Below are positions 47,419 to 55,013 of a DNA stretch of 64,000 nucleotides, piece by piece. The position numbers and the translations under genes are program-made. The notes under the pieces were generated by a model. The model was not told the origin of the DNA, ran no database searches, and saw only the letters and a program-made list of their open reading frames with translations. Where the stretch lies: NCBI GenBank assembly GCA_963555995.3, contig OY821641.1, forward strand, positions 1,952,001 through 2,016,000. Direction: 5' to 3'. The stretch's first letter is position 1, and each line of letters starts with the position of its first letter. Origin of the DNA: Vicinamibacteria bacterium. GTDB taxonomy: Bacteria > Acidobacteriota > Vicinamibacteria > Marinacidobacterales > Marinacidobacteraceae.

Positions 47419-49416
47419 TTAACGCTGCGGGCCCGAAGGGGTTCCTCCGGTCGGGCGAACGAGGGGCGCCCCGCCGAGCAGCGAGCGTCCCGGCAGCGCC
47501 GGGTCCGCCGGCATTCCCAGCAGATCCAGCGCGGTCGGCACCACGTCGAGGGCGCTGGCCCGCGGCCATTCCGACCCCGCGGGGATCCGCGGCCCCCACG
47601 CCGCCACCACCGCGAGCATGTCGCGGCGGGTCGGCGCGAAGCCGTGGTTCCCCGCCGGGCGGGCCGGCATCACGACGTCCTCCGCGGGCCGGGCCGAGGG
47701 CAGGAAGCCCGGCCGCAGCAGCGGGAAGAGGTCCCCCGTGGTGGCGCCGCCGGGCTGCACCCGGCCCCGGGTCACCGGCTCGAGGAACCCGGTCACGACG
47801 GGCTCGCCGTCCGCGCGGACCGCGAGCAGGGCGGAGCGGACCGCCGCGAGCACCGCGGCTTCCTGATCCGGGCGGACGGTCCCCAGGGGACGGGCCGCGC
47901 GGTTGATCGCCACGCTGCCGTCCGCCGTGGTCAGGAGCATCGCCCTCGTGCGGGAGAGGTCCACCGCGCCGCCCGCGCCGAAGGCGAGGAGCCCGGCCCG
48001 CTCCAGCGCCACGTTGAGGTGCAGGAGCCGATCGGTCCCGGACATCCCGTGGTCGCTCACCACCAGGAGATGGGCTCCCGAGGTTTCGGCCAGCGCGAAC
48101 AGGCGTCCCAGGACCCGGTCCACCTCGGCGAACGCTCCGGCGAGGACCGGCCGGAGCGATGCCGCCAACGGGGGGACGTGCGTGGGGAGCCGCTCGTCGA
48201 GCCGCCCGTAGAGCAGGTGGCCCAGTTCGTCGGCCATCGGCAGGTAGAGGGCGATGAGGCTCCAGTCCGGGAGCGATGCCGCCGCGTCCAGATGGGCGAG
48301 CGCGGCGTCGGCCACCGCGCCGGCGACCTCCAGCAGCCGCGACTCGGCGACCCCGTCGCCGCCTTCGGCCCGGGTCGGCCCGAGGCGGCCCGCCGCGTAC
48401 TCCGGAGCGCCGACGGTGCGCGGCCACTCGGGCGCGCCGAGCCGCTCGGTCCAGAACGCCTCCGGGTGCGCCCCCATCTCGCTCGCGCCGCCGCGGAACA
48501 CGAGGTAGCGCGCGGGCGACCCGGCGGCGGGGGCCGCCGCCGCGAACGCGCGCACCCGGAACTCGACCCGCCGGCCCTCCGCCTCGACGCTGATGGGACC
48601 GGAGAACCCGGCGTCGGCCCCGATCCCGACGCGCGCCAGCCAGAGGGGCGCCTCCGGCCCCGGATCGCGGTCACCGGGGTCTTCCAGCACGCCGAAGGTG
48701 TCCCAGCCGCTCTCCGGATTCAGGGGGTCGTCCACGAACACCCCGAGGAAGCCCGTCCCGCCGACCTCGAAACGGAAGACCCCGGGGTTTCCGCCCACCC
48801 GCGCCGAAGCGCGCCCCGCGGCGAGCGGCGCGGGAGGCTCCGCGAGCAGCGGATTCCGCACCTCGTCGAGGGTCGCGGGCGGCAGCCGCACATCCCCGTA
48901 GCCGGTGAGGATGTAGAGGTCTCCGCGCCGCTCGGGACCGAGCCGTCCCAACGCCGCCGCGAGCGGAACCGTGTGGGTCGTGTGGAGCGCGACGGCCCGC
49001 CGCCCGGCGCCGGCCACCCGCGTCCACAGCGGATCGGCCCGCAGCAGGGCCGCGGAGAAGCCGTCCCGCGTGTCCAGCAGGGTGTGCGCATCGGCCGGCA
49101 GCGCGAGGACCGCGTTGCCGGTGATCCCGGTCTCCCGTCCGGGAAGCCCCGTCCAGATCATCGCGAACGACGGCGCGGTCTTCGAGGGGAACGCCGTGAC
49201 CATCCCGTCCGAGAAGGCCCCCTCGTCGCGGAGCCGGGCGAAGTTGGGCAGTACGCCGTCCCGGAGGAACTCCTGCACCAGCTCGTAGCCGCCGCCGTCC
49301 ACCGCCAGCACCAGCAGGCGGGGTCCCGGTGGGGATGCCGCGAGGCCGACCTGGGCCGTGGAGACGGCGAAGACCACCGCCACGAGCAGGCGCGTCCGGC
49401 CGGGAAGGAACCTCAC
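47419..49416 (-). CDS. Alkaline phosphatase superfamily (nucleotide pyrophosphatase/phosphodiesterase) protein
   Basis: LAVDG, FPSKTAP catalytic Thr, DELGH, VSDHGM, GNHG, DVVPT; start GTG 49416. Confidence 0.85.
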   Translation of the reverse strand: MRFLPGRTRLLVAVVFAVSTAQVGLAASPPGPRLLVLAVDGGGYELVQEFLRDGVLPNFARLRDEGAFSDGMVTAFPSKTAPSFAMIWTGLPGRETGITGNAVLALPADAHTLLDTRDGFSAALLRADPLWTRVAGAGRRAVALHTTHTVPLAAALGRLGPERRGDLYILTGYGDVRLPPATLDEVRNPLLAEPPAPLAAGRASARVGGNPGVFRFEVGGTGFLGVFVDDPLNPESGWDTFGVLEDPGDRDPGPEAPLWLARVGIGADAGFSGPISVEAEGRRVEFRVRAFAAAAPAAGSPARYLVFRGGASEMGAHPEAFWTERLGAPEWPRTVGAPEYAAGRLGPTRAEGGDGVAESRLLEVAGAVADAALAHLDAAASLPDWSLIALYLPMADELGHLLYGRLDERLPTHVPPLAASLRPVLAGAFAEVDRVLGRLFALAETSGAHLLVVSDHGMSGTDRLLHLNVALERAGLLAFGAGGAVDLSRTRAMLLTTADGSVAINRAARPLGTVRPDQEAAVLAAVRSALLAVRADGEPVVTGFLEPVTRGRVQPGGATTGDLFPLLRPGFLPSARPAEDVVMPARPAGNHGFAPTRRDMLAVVAAWGPRIPAGSEWPRASALDVVPTALDLLGMPADPALPGRSLLGGAPLVRPTGGTPSGPQR

Positions 49417-49437
49417 GGAGCGAACCCTAGTGCTAGG

Positions 49438-49845
49438 ATGAAATCCGTGCGCCAGGAAGTCTTCACTTCTTCCGCGAAGACCCGGGGAATCCGGGTGGAC
49501 GTGGAGGCGCGTTTCGCGGACCGGCGCCCCGAGCCCGATCCGGCCTGGCTGTTCCAGTACGACATCGCCATCACCAACGAATCCGAGGAAATGGTGCAGT
49601 TGCTGAGCCGGCACTGGGTCATCGAGCACGGCGAAGGCCGGATCGAAGAGGTGCGCGGACCCGGCGTGGTCGGCGCCCGGCCGTATCTGGTGCCCGGCGA
49701 GTCCTTCCACTACTCCTCCTGGTGCCCGCTGCGCGCCCCCTTCGGTTCGATGCGCGGCTCCTACCTGATGGAGATACCGGGCGGGCGGCGGTTCCAGGTC
49801 GAGATCGCGCAGTTCACGCTGAGCGAACCGGTCACCCTGCACTGA
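49438..49845 (+). CDS. apaG: ApaG protein
   Basis: Y.I.I.N..VQLLSRHWVI..EVRGPGVVG..YSS.CPL..GSMRGSY. Confidence 0.95.
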   Translation: MKSVRQEVFTSSAKTRGIRVDVEARFADRRPEPDPAWLFQYDIAITNESEEMVQLLSRHWVIEHGEGRIEEVRGPGVVGARPYLVPGESFHYSSWCPLRAPFGSMRGSYLMEIPGGRRFQVEIAQFTLSEPVTLH

Positions 49846-49894
49846 GAACGCGACGGGCAAGAGCGATGCCGCGTCCCGAGTCGCCACGCTCGCC

Positions 49895-50710
49895 ATGAGC
49901 CGGGGCAGACGGCGGCGCCCGTCCATGGCCGACCGGGCGGACCGCTACCAGCTCTACCAGGAATCGGTCCAGGACGCTCCCGCCGACGCCGCCTTCCTCG
50001 ACGACGAGTTCCACCGCCGCCGGGCCCGCCGGGCGCGCTCGCTGCGCGAGGACTTCTGCGGCACCGCCGCCCTCTCCTGCGAGTTCGTCGCCCGCCATCC
50101 GGAGAGCCGGGCGATCGGGGTGGACCTCGACCCGGACCCGCTCGCGTGGGGGCGCGAGCACAACGTCGCAAGCCTGAGCCGGGCGGAACAGGGGCGGATC
50201 GAACTGGTCGAGAACGACGTCCTCGAGATGGGCGAGCCCCGGGTGGACCTGGTCGCGGCGATGAACTTCAGCTACTGGATCTTCGAGACCCGCGACCTGA
50301 TGCGCGAGTACTTCGAGCGCGTCCGCCGCGCCCTCAACCCCGACGGGCTCTTCTTCATGGACGCCTACGGCGGCTCCGACTGCCACGAGGAGAAGGAGTA
50401 CGCGCGCGAGGAAGAGGGGTTCGACTTCATCTGGGACCAGGTGGCGTTCGACCCCATCAGCGGACGGATGCGCTGCGCGATCCACTACGAGTTCCCGGAC
50501 GGCAGCCGGCTGCGGAACGCCTTCCGCTACCAGTGGCGCTTCTGGTCGCTCCCCGAGCTACGCGAACTGCTCGCCGAGGCCGGGTTCTCGCGGACGGTCG
50601 TGCTCTGGGAAGGCGCCGACGAGCACGGCGACGGCAACGGCGAGTTCGAGGAGGTCACCGAAGGCTCCGCCGACGAGACCTGGATCGCCTACCTCGTCAG
50701 CGAACCCTGA
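49895..50710 (+). CDS. Class I SAM-dependent methyltransferase
   Basis: LYQESVQ, LREDFCGTA, GVDLD, NFSYW. Confidence 0.8.
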   Translation: MSRGRRRRPSMADRADRYQLYQESVQDAPADAAFLDDEFHRRRARRARSLREDFCGTAALSCEFVARHPESRAIGVDLDPDPLAWGREHNVASLSRAEQGRIELVENDVLEMGEPRVDLVAAMNFSYWIFETRDLMREYFERVRRALNPDGLFFMDAYGGSDCHEEKEYAREEEGFDFIWDQVAFDPISGRMRCAIHYEFPDGSRLRNAFRYQWRFWSLPELRELLAEAGFSRTVVLWEGADEHGDGNGEFEEVTEGSADETWIAYLVSEP

Positions 50711-50721
50711 CGGCGGAGCGG

Positions 50722-51575
50722 GTGCCGGAAGAAAACGCCGGTCCTCAGATCGGCGCCGCCAAGGACCGCCGGTCTCCAGACCGGCGCCGCGGCCCGCAGG
50801 GCCGCGAGACGCGAAACGACACCCCGCGGCGCCCCACCGCCGCCTTCCTCGTCATCGGCAACGAAATCCTCTCCGGGAAGGTCGCGGACACGAACACCGG
50901 CCTGCTGGCCCGGTTGCTCCGCACGAAAGGGATCGAACTCCGCCGGGTCGTCACCATCCCCGACGAGCCAGAGGTGATCGCCGCGGAAACGGTCGCGCTC
51001 TCCACGTCCCACGACTTCGTGTTCACCTCCGGCGGGTCGGCGCCACCCACGACGACGTGACCATGGAGGGCGTTGCCCGCGCCTTCGGGACGAAGGTGAT
51101 CCACCACCCCCGCTTCCTCGAATCGCTACGGGAACGCGGCCTCGAGACGACCCACCGGAACCTCGCCCGCGTCCCCGAAGGCACCGACCTCCGCGAGGGC
51201 GCGAGCGGCGCCTGGCCCGTCCCCGTGATGCGGAACATCTGGATCCTCCCCGGCCTGCCCCCCGTCTTCGAGCGCAAGCTGGAAATCCTGGCCGAGTGCC
51301 TCCCGGAGGGACCCCGCTACTTCGCCGACGAAGAACTCGTCCCCCGCCCCGAGGAGGAACTGATCCCGCTCCTCGACCGGATCGTGGCGGCCCACCCCGA
51401 GATCCAGATCGGCTCCTACCCGGTGCCCGCGGGGACCCGCATCACACTCGACGGCGACAACGAAGAGGCCGTCGCGAACGCCGCGGCCGCGCTCCGGAAC
51501 GGTCTCACCGCAACCGGCTTGGAACGCCGGTCTCCAGACCGGCACGCGCGGCGCTCCGCGCCGCGAACGTCGTAA
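50722..51575 (+). pseudogene. CinA-like molybdopterin-binding domain protein, frameshifted near 51035
   Basis: VIGNEILSGKVADTN..FTSGG in one frame, THDDVTMEG..LPGLP in another; adding one G to GGG 51034-51036 restores GGVGATHDD. May be a sequencing error. Confidence 0.8.
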
Positions 51576-51633
51576 CTCCCCGGCCCGTCCGACTGCGCGT
51601 CTCACCCGTTTCGAGTCAGAACGACCGGGACCA

Positions 51634-51744
51634 ATGAGCGCTGTTCCCGCCGTGCCGCCTCGTCCCCTCGCCGCTCTGCTGGCGACACTCGCCGTCGCCG
51701 GACTCCTCTTCGCCGCCCTCCGGCTCACCGGCGGCGTCGCGTAA
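51634..51744 (+). CDS. 36-aa hydrophobic small protein (one TM or signal-like helix)
   Basis: MSAVPAVPPRPLAALLATLAVAGLLFAALRLTGGVA*; its ATG follows the same leader that precedes the GWxTD gene. Confidence 0.4.
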   Translation: MSAVPAVPPRPLAALLATLAVAGLLFAALRLTGGVA

Positions 51745-51865
51745 TCCGCACCACCGGGCGGCAACTCCCAGCCTCCGCCCGGCATCGCGCCCCGCCCCGG
51801 CAGGTGCAACACCCTGCGTGACCTCCGCGAAGCGGACGCACGGCCGGTCCCCCCGGTCCAGCGGG

Positions 51866-52362
51866 TCAGCGCGTGAACAGCAGGCCGAAGACCGCGAGCA
51901 GCACCGTCACCAGGATCCCCAGAGCACCCAGACGAGCCGAATTTCCGTCCTCAGGGCGTCCGTTCGCACCGCGAGGAACTCCAGCTTCCGGTCACGTTCG
52001 GCCCCGGCCTCGGCCAGGGCGTCCAGCTTCCTGCCGTGCTCGGCGAGTGTTCGACCGTGGTCGGCGAGCCGGTCGGCGTTCTCGTTACAGAGCTGCTTGA
52101 TTTCGATGAAGCCGACCCGCATCTCCGCACGAAACTGCGCGACCAGATTCTCCGCCGCCATGGACCGGACCTCCGCCTCCGCATTATAGGCAGCGTCCGG
52201 ATCGCATCCGCTGCTAACCAGCGCGCGGAACAAGGTGCCCTGCTTCACCGGCATGAGCGGCGGTTTACCGGCGCTCGCGGCCGGTGGAGAGGTCCGTGGG
52301 GCGGCCTGCCCGGGTGACGCGGCCGTGGCGGATCGTTTTGGGTTCTGCGTGGTGCGTGGCAT
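51866..52362 (-). pseudogene. Membrane-anchored coiled-coil protein, copy A (1-nt deletion near the C-terminus)
   Basis: Paralog of 52743-53285; CCC at 51927-51929 versus CCCC in copies B and C. Confidence 0.65.
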
Positions 52363-52742
52363 CGAAGCCTCCTCTGCATGGTCATGACAGAACGGGAGGC
52401 GCAAGCGCCACCCACGCAGATACAGACGAGAATTCACCGGATTTTTCCCATTTCCGGGCGCAATGTGGAAAAGTCGAAGCGATTGTGCAGATTGACGACG
52501 CCGCGAAACGGCCGCGCGGCCGGTTACTGCGAAAATGCAGCTTGCACGCGCGGCGCCACGGCGAGCGGCGCGGTGGTGCCCTCCTCCCGGTTCAGCCCCG
52601 CAGACAGCGACACGACATCCGCGGGCCTTCGGCCCGCTGTGCCGCTCTGAAGAGCGGCGCTCCCAGCCGTCGCCGCCGTTCTCGTGCCCAGCGGGGTGTT
52701 CAGGTGGACGCGATCATGGGAGTCTCCCCCCGGTCCAGCGGG

Positions 52743-53285
52743 TCAGCGCGTGAACAGCAGGCCGAAGACCGCGAGCAGCACCGTCACCAGGATCCCCAGA
52801 GCACCCCAGACGAGCCGAATTTCCGTCCTCAGGGCGTCCGTTCGCACCGCGAGGAACTCCAGCTTCCGGTCACGTTCGGCCCCGGCCTCGGCCAGGGCGT
52901 CCAGCTTCCTGCCGTGCTCGGCGAACCGCTCGGCGGTCTCTCTGCTGTGCTCGGCGAACCGCTCGGCGGTCTCTCTGCTGTGCTCAGCGAGCCGGTCGGC
53001 GTTCTCGCGGCAGAGCTGCTTGACTTCCAGGAAGCCGACCCGCATCTCCGCGCCAAGCTGCGCGACCAGGTTCTCCGCGGCCATGGATCGGACCTCCACT
53101 TCCGCATTATAGGCAGCGTCCGGATCGCATCCGCTGCCGACCAGCGCGCGGAACAAGGCGCCCTGCTTCACCGGCATGAGCGGCGGTTCACCGGCGCTCC
53201 CGGCCGGTGGAGCGGTCCGTGGGGCGGCCTGCCCGGGTGACGCGGCCGTGGCGGATCGTTTTGGATTCTGCGTGGTGCGTGGCAT
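52743..53285 (-). CDS. Membrane-anchored coiled-coil protein (DUF1640/CCDC90-like architecture), copy B
   Basis: Head LFRALVGSGCDPDAAYNA, stalk with two AEHSRETAERF repeats, C-terminal TM LVWGALGILVTVLLAVFGLLF. Confidence 0.75.
   Translation of the reverse strand: MPRTTQNPKRSATAASPGQAAPRTAPPAGSAGEPPLMPVKQGALFRALVGSGCDPDAAYNAEVEVRSMAAENLVAQLGAEMRVGFLEVKQLCRENADRLAEHSRETAERFAEHSRETAERFAEHGRKLDALAEAGAERDRKLEFLAVRTDALRTEIRLVWGALGILVTVLLAVFGLLFTR
52914..52990. repeat. 33-bp coding tandem repeat (about 2.3 units)
   Basis: GTGCTCGGCGAACCGCTCGGCGGTCTCTCTGCT at 52914 and 52947. Confidence 0.9.
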
Positions 53286-53856
53286 CGAAGCCTCCTCTGC
53301 CTGGTTGTGAAGGAACGGGAGGCGCAAGCGCCACCCACGCAGATACAGACGAGAATTCACCGGGTTTTTTCCCATTTCCGGACGCAATGTGGAAAAGTCG
53401 AAGCGATTGTGCAGATTGACGACGCCGCGAAACGGTCGCGCGGCCGGTTGCCGCGAAAATGCAGCTTGGGCGAAAGCTCAACCAGCGTCAGTAGCGCCGC
53501 CGGCTTGGAACGCCGGTCTCCAGACCGGCACGCGCGGCGCTCCGCGCCGCGCACGTCGTAACTCCCCGGCCCGCCCCAATGCGCGTCTCACCCGTTTCGA
53601 GTCAGAACGACCGGAACCAACGAGCGTTGTTCCCGCCGTGCCGCCTCGTCCCCTCGCCGCTCTGTTGCGACACTCGCCCTCGCCGTCGCCGGACCCCTCT
53701 TGGCCGCCCTCCGGCCCACCGCCGGCGTCGCGTAATCCGCACCACCGGGCGGCAACTCTCAGCCTCCGCCCGGCATCGCGCCCCGCAGCGGCGGGTGCAA
53801 CACCCCGCGTGACCTCCGCGAAGCGGACCCGCCGCCGGTCCCCCCGACCCACCGGG

Positions 53857-54204
53857 TCAGCGAGCGAACAGCAGGCCGAAGACCGCGAGCAGCACCGTCA
53901 CCAGGATCCCCAGAGCACCCCAGACGAGCCGGATTTCCGTCCTCAAGGCGTCCGTTCGCACCGCGAGGAACTCCAGCTTCCGGTCACGCTCGGCCCCGGC
54001 CTCGGCCAAGGCGTCCAGCTTCCTGCCGTGCTCGGCGAACCGCTCGGCGGTCTCTCTGCTGTGCTCGGCCAGCCGGTCGGCGTTCTCGCGGCAGAGCTCC
54101 TTGACTTCCAGGAAGCCGACCCGCATCTCCGCACGAAACTGCGCGACCAGGTTCTCCGCGGCCATGGATCGGACCTCCGCCTCCGGAGTATAGGCAGCCT
54201 CCGG
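53857..54204 (-). pseudogene. Membrane-anchored coiled-coil protein, copy C (5'-truncated at the vapBC promoter)
   Basis: Similarity to copies A and B stops at about 54204; one AEHSRETAERF unit; TM intact. Confidence 0.65.
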
Positions 54205-54254
54205 GTAGCGGCAGCAAATCCGACCATGGCAATGGACCATAGTAAGATCCAGTC

Positions 54255-54491
54255 ATGCAGCGGATACAGATCTCGAAGTTCAAGGCCACGTGCCTCGCGG
54301 TGCTGGATCGGGTCGCCCAGACCCGCGAACCGGTTCTGGTGACCCGCCGCGGCAAGCCGATCGCGAGGATCGTCCCTCCGGCCCCCAGCCCGGCCGGAAG
54401 CTGGCTCGGCGCGATGAAGGGCTCGGTCACGATCCACGGCGACATCGTCGCGCCGGTCTCCGAACCGTCGGACTGGGAAGCGCTGCGGTAG
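54255..54491 (+). CDS. Phd/YefM-family antitoxin
   Basis: ISKFKATCLAVLDRVAQTREPVLVTRRGKPIARIVP. Confidence 0.92.
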   Translation: MQRIQISKFKATCLAVLDRVAQTREPVLVTRRGKPIARIVPPAPSPAGSWLGAMKGSVTIHGDIVAPVSEPSDWEALR

Positions 54492-54881
54492 ATGCCCTTC
54501 CTCCTCGATACCCACGTCTGGATCTGGGGGCTCAACGAACCCGAACGGCTTCCCCAGACCGTCCGGCGCCAACTGGCCACGGCGTCGGAGCCTCCGCGGC
54601 TCTCACCGATCAGCGTCTGGGAATGCCTCCTCCTCGCCGAGAAAGGCCGCATCACGCTGTCCCCCAACCCCCGAGCCTGGCTTCGCGAGGCAGCGGGGTC
54701 CGTCCGGGAAGTCCCCCTGACCTCTGAGGTGGCTGCCGCCAGCCGGCGCCTTCACCTGGGTCACGACGACCCCGCCGACCGTTTCATCATGGCTACCGCA
54801 AAGGTATGCGGCCTGCGCCTCGTCACCGCCGACACCCGCCTCCTCCGCTGCCCCGACGCGGAGACCCTCTGGGGCGAATGA
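54492..54881 (+). CDS. vapC: VapC PIN-domain toxin
   Basis: LLDTHVWIW, SPISVWE, HDDPADRFIMATA, LVTAD. Confidence 0.92.
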   Translation: MPFLLDTHVWIWGLNEPERLPQTVRRQLATASEPPRLSPISVWECLLLAEKGRITLSPNPRAWLREAAGSVREVPLTSEVAAASRRLHLGHDDPADRFIMATAKVCGLRLVTADTRLLRCPDAETLWGE

Positions 54882-54896
54882 CGCCGGACCGGCCGG

Positions 54897-55013
54897 CTAG
54901 GAACGCCGGTCTCCAGACCGGCACGCGCGGCGCTCCGCGCCGCGCACGTCGTAACTCCCAGGCCCGTCCGAATGCGCGTCTCCCCCGTTTCGGGTCAGAA
55001 TGACCGGGACTCC
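54897..55013 (+). repeat. Extended REP/leader unit (third forward copy)
   Basis: Matches 51518-51633 and 53504-53618. Confidence 0.8.

Larger units (their letters stand above)
51514..54204. repeat. Tandem segmental triplication (REP + small ORF + coiled-coil gene + leader)
   Basis: 51514-52200 matches 53500-54204, and 51846-52544 matches 52724-53468, with scattered substitutions and indels. Confidence 0.9.

Noticed and set aside
46027-49437. 1272-aa plus-strand ORF 46027-49845
   Set aside because: Antisense shadow of the HlyD and phosphodiesterase genes; only the last 135 aa (ApaG) look real.
51030-51060. Programmed ribosomal frameshift in the CinA-like gene
   Set aside because: No slippery heptamer; a single missing G explains it.
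52914-52990. 33-bp repeats as a CRISPR array
   Set aside because: Adjacent units without spacers, in frame within a gene, and no cas genes.
51866-54204. Diversity-generating retroelement template/variable repeats
   Set aside because: Differences between copies are not limited to adenines, include indels, and no reverse transcriptase is in the window.
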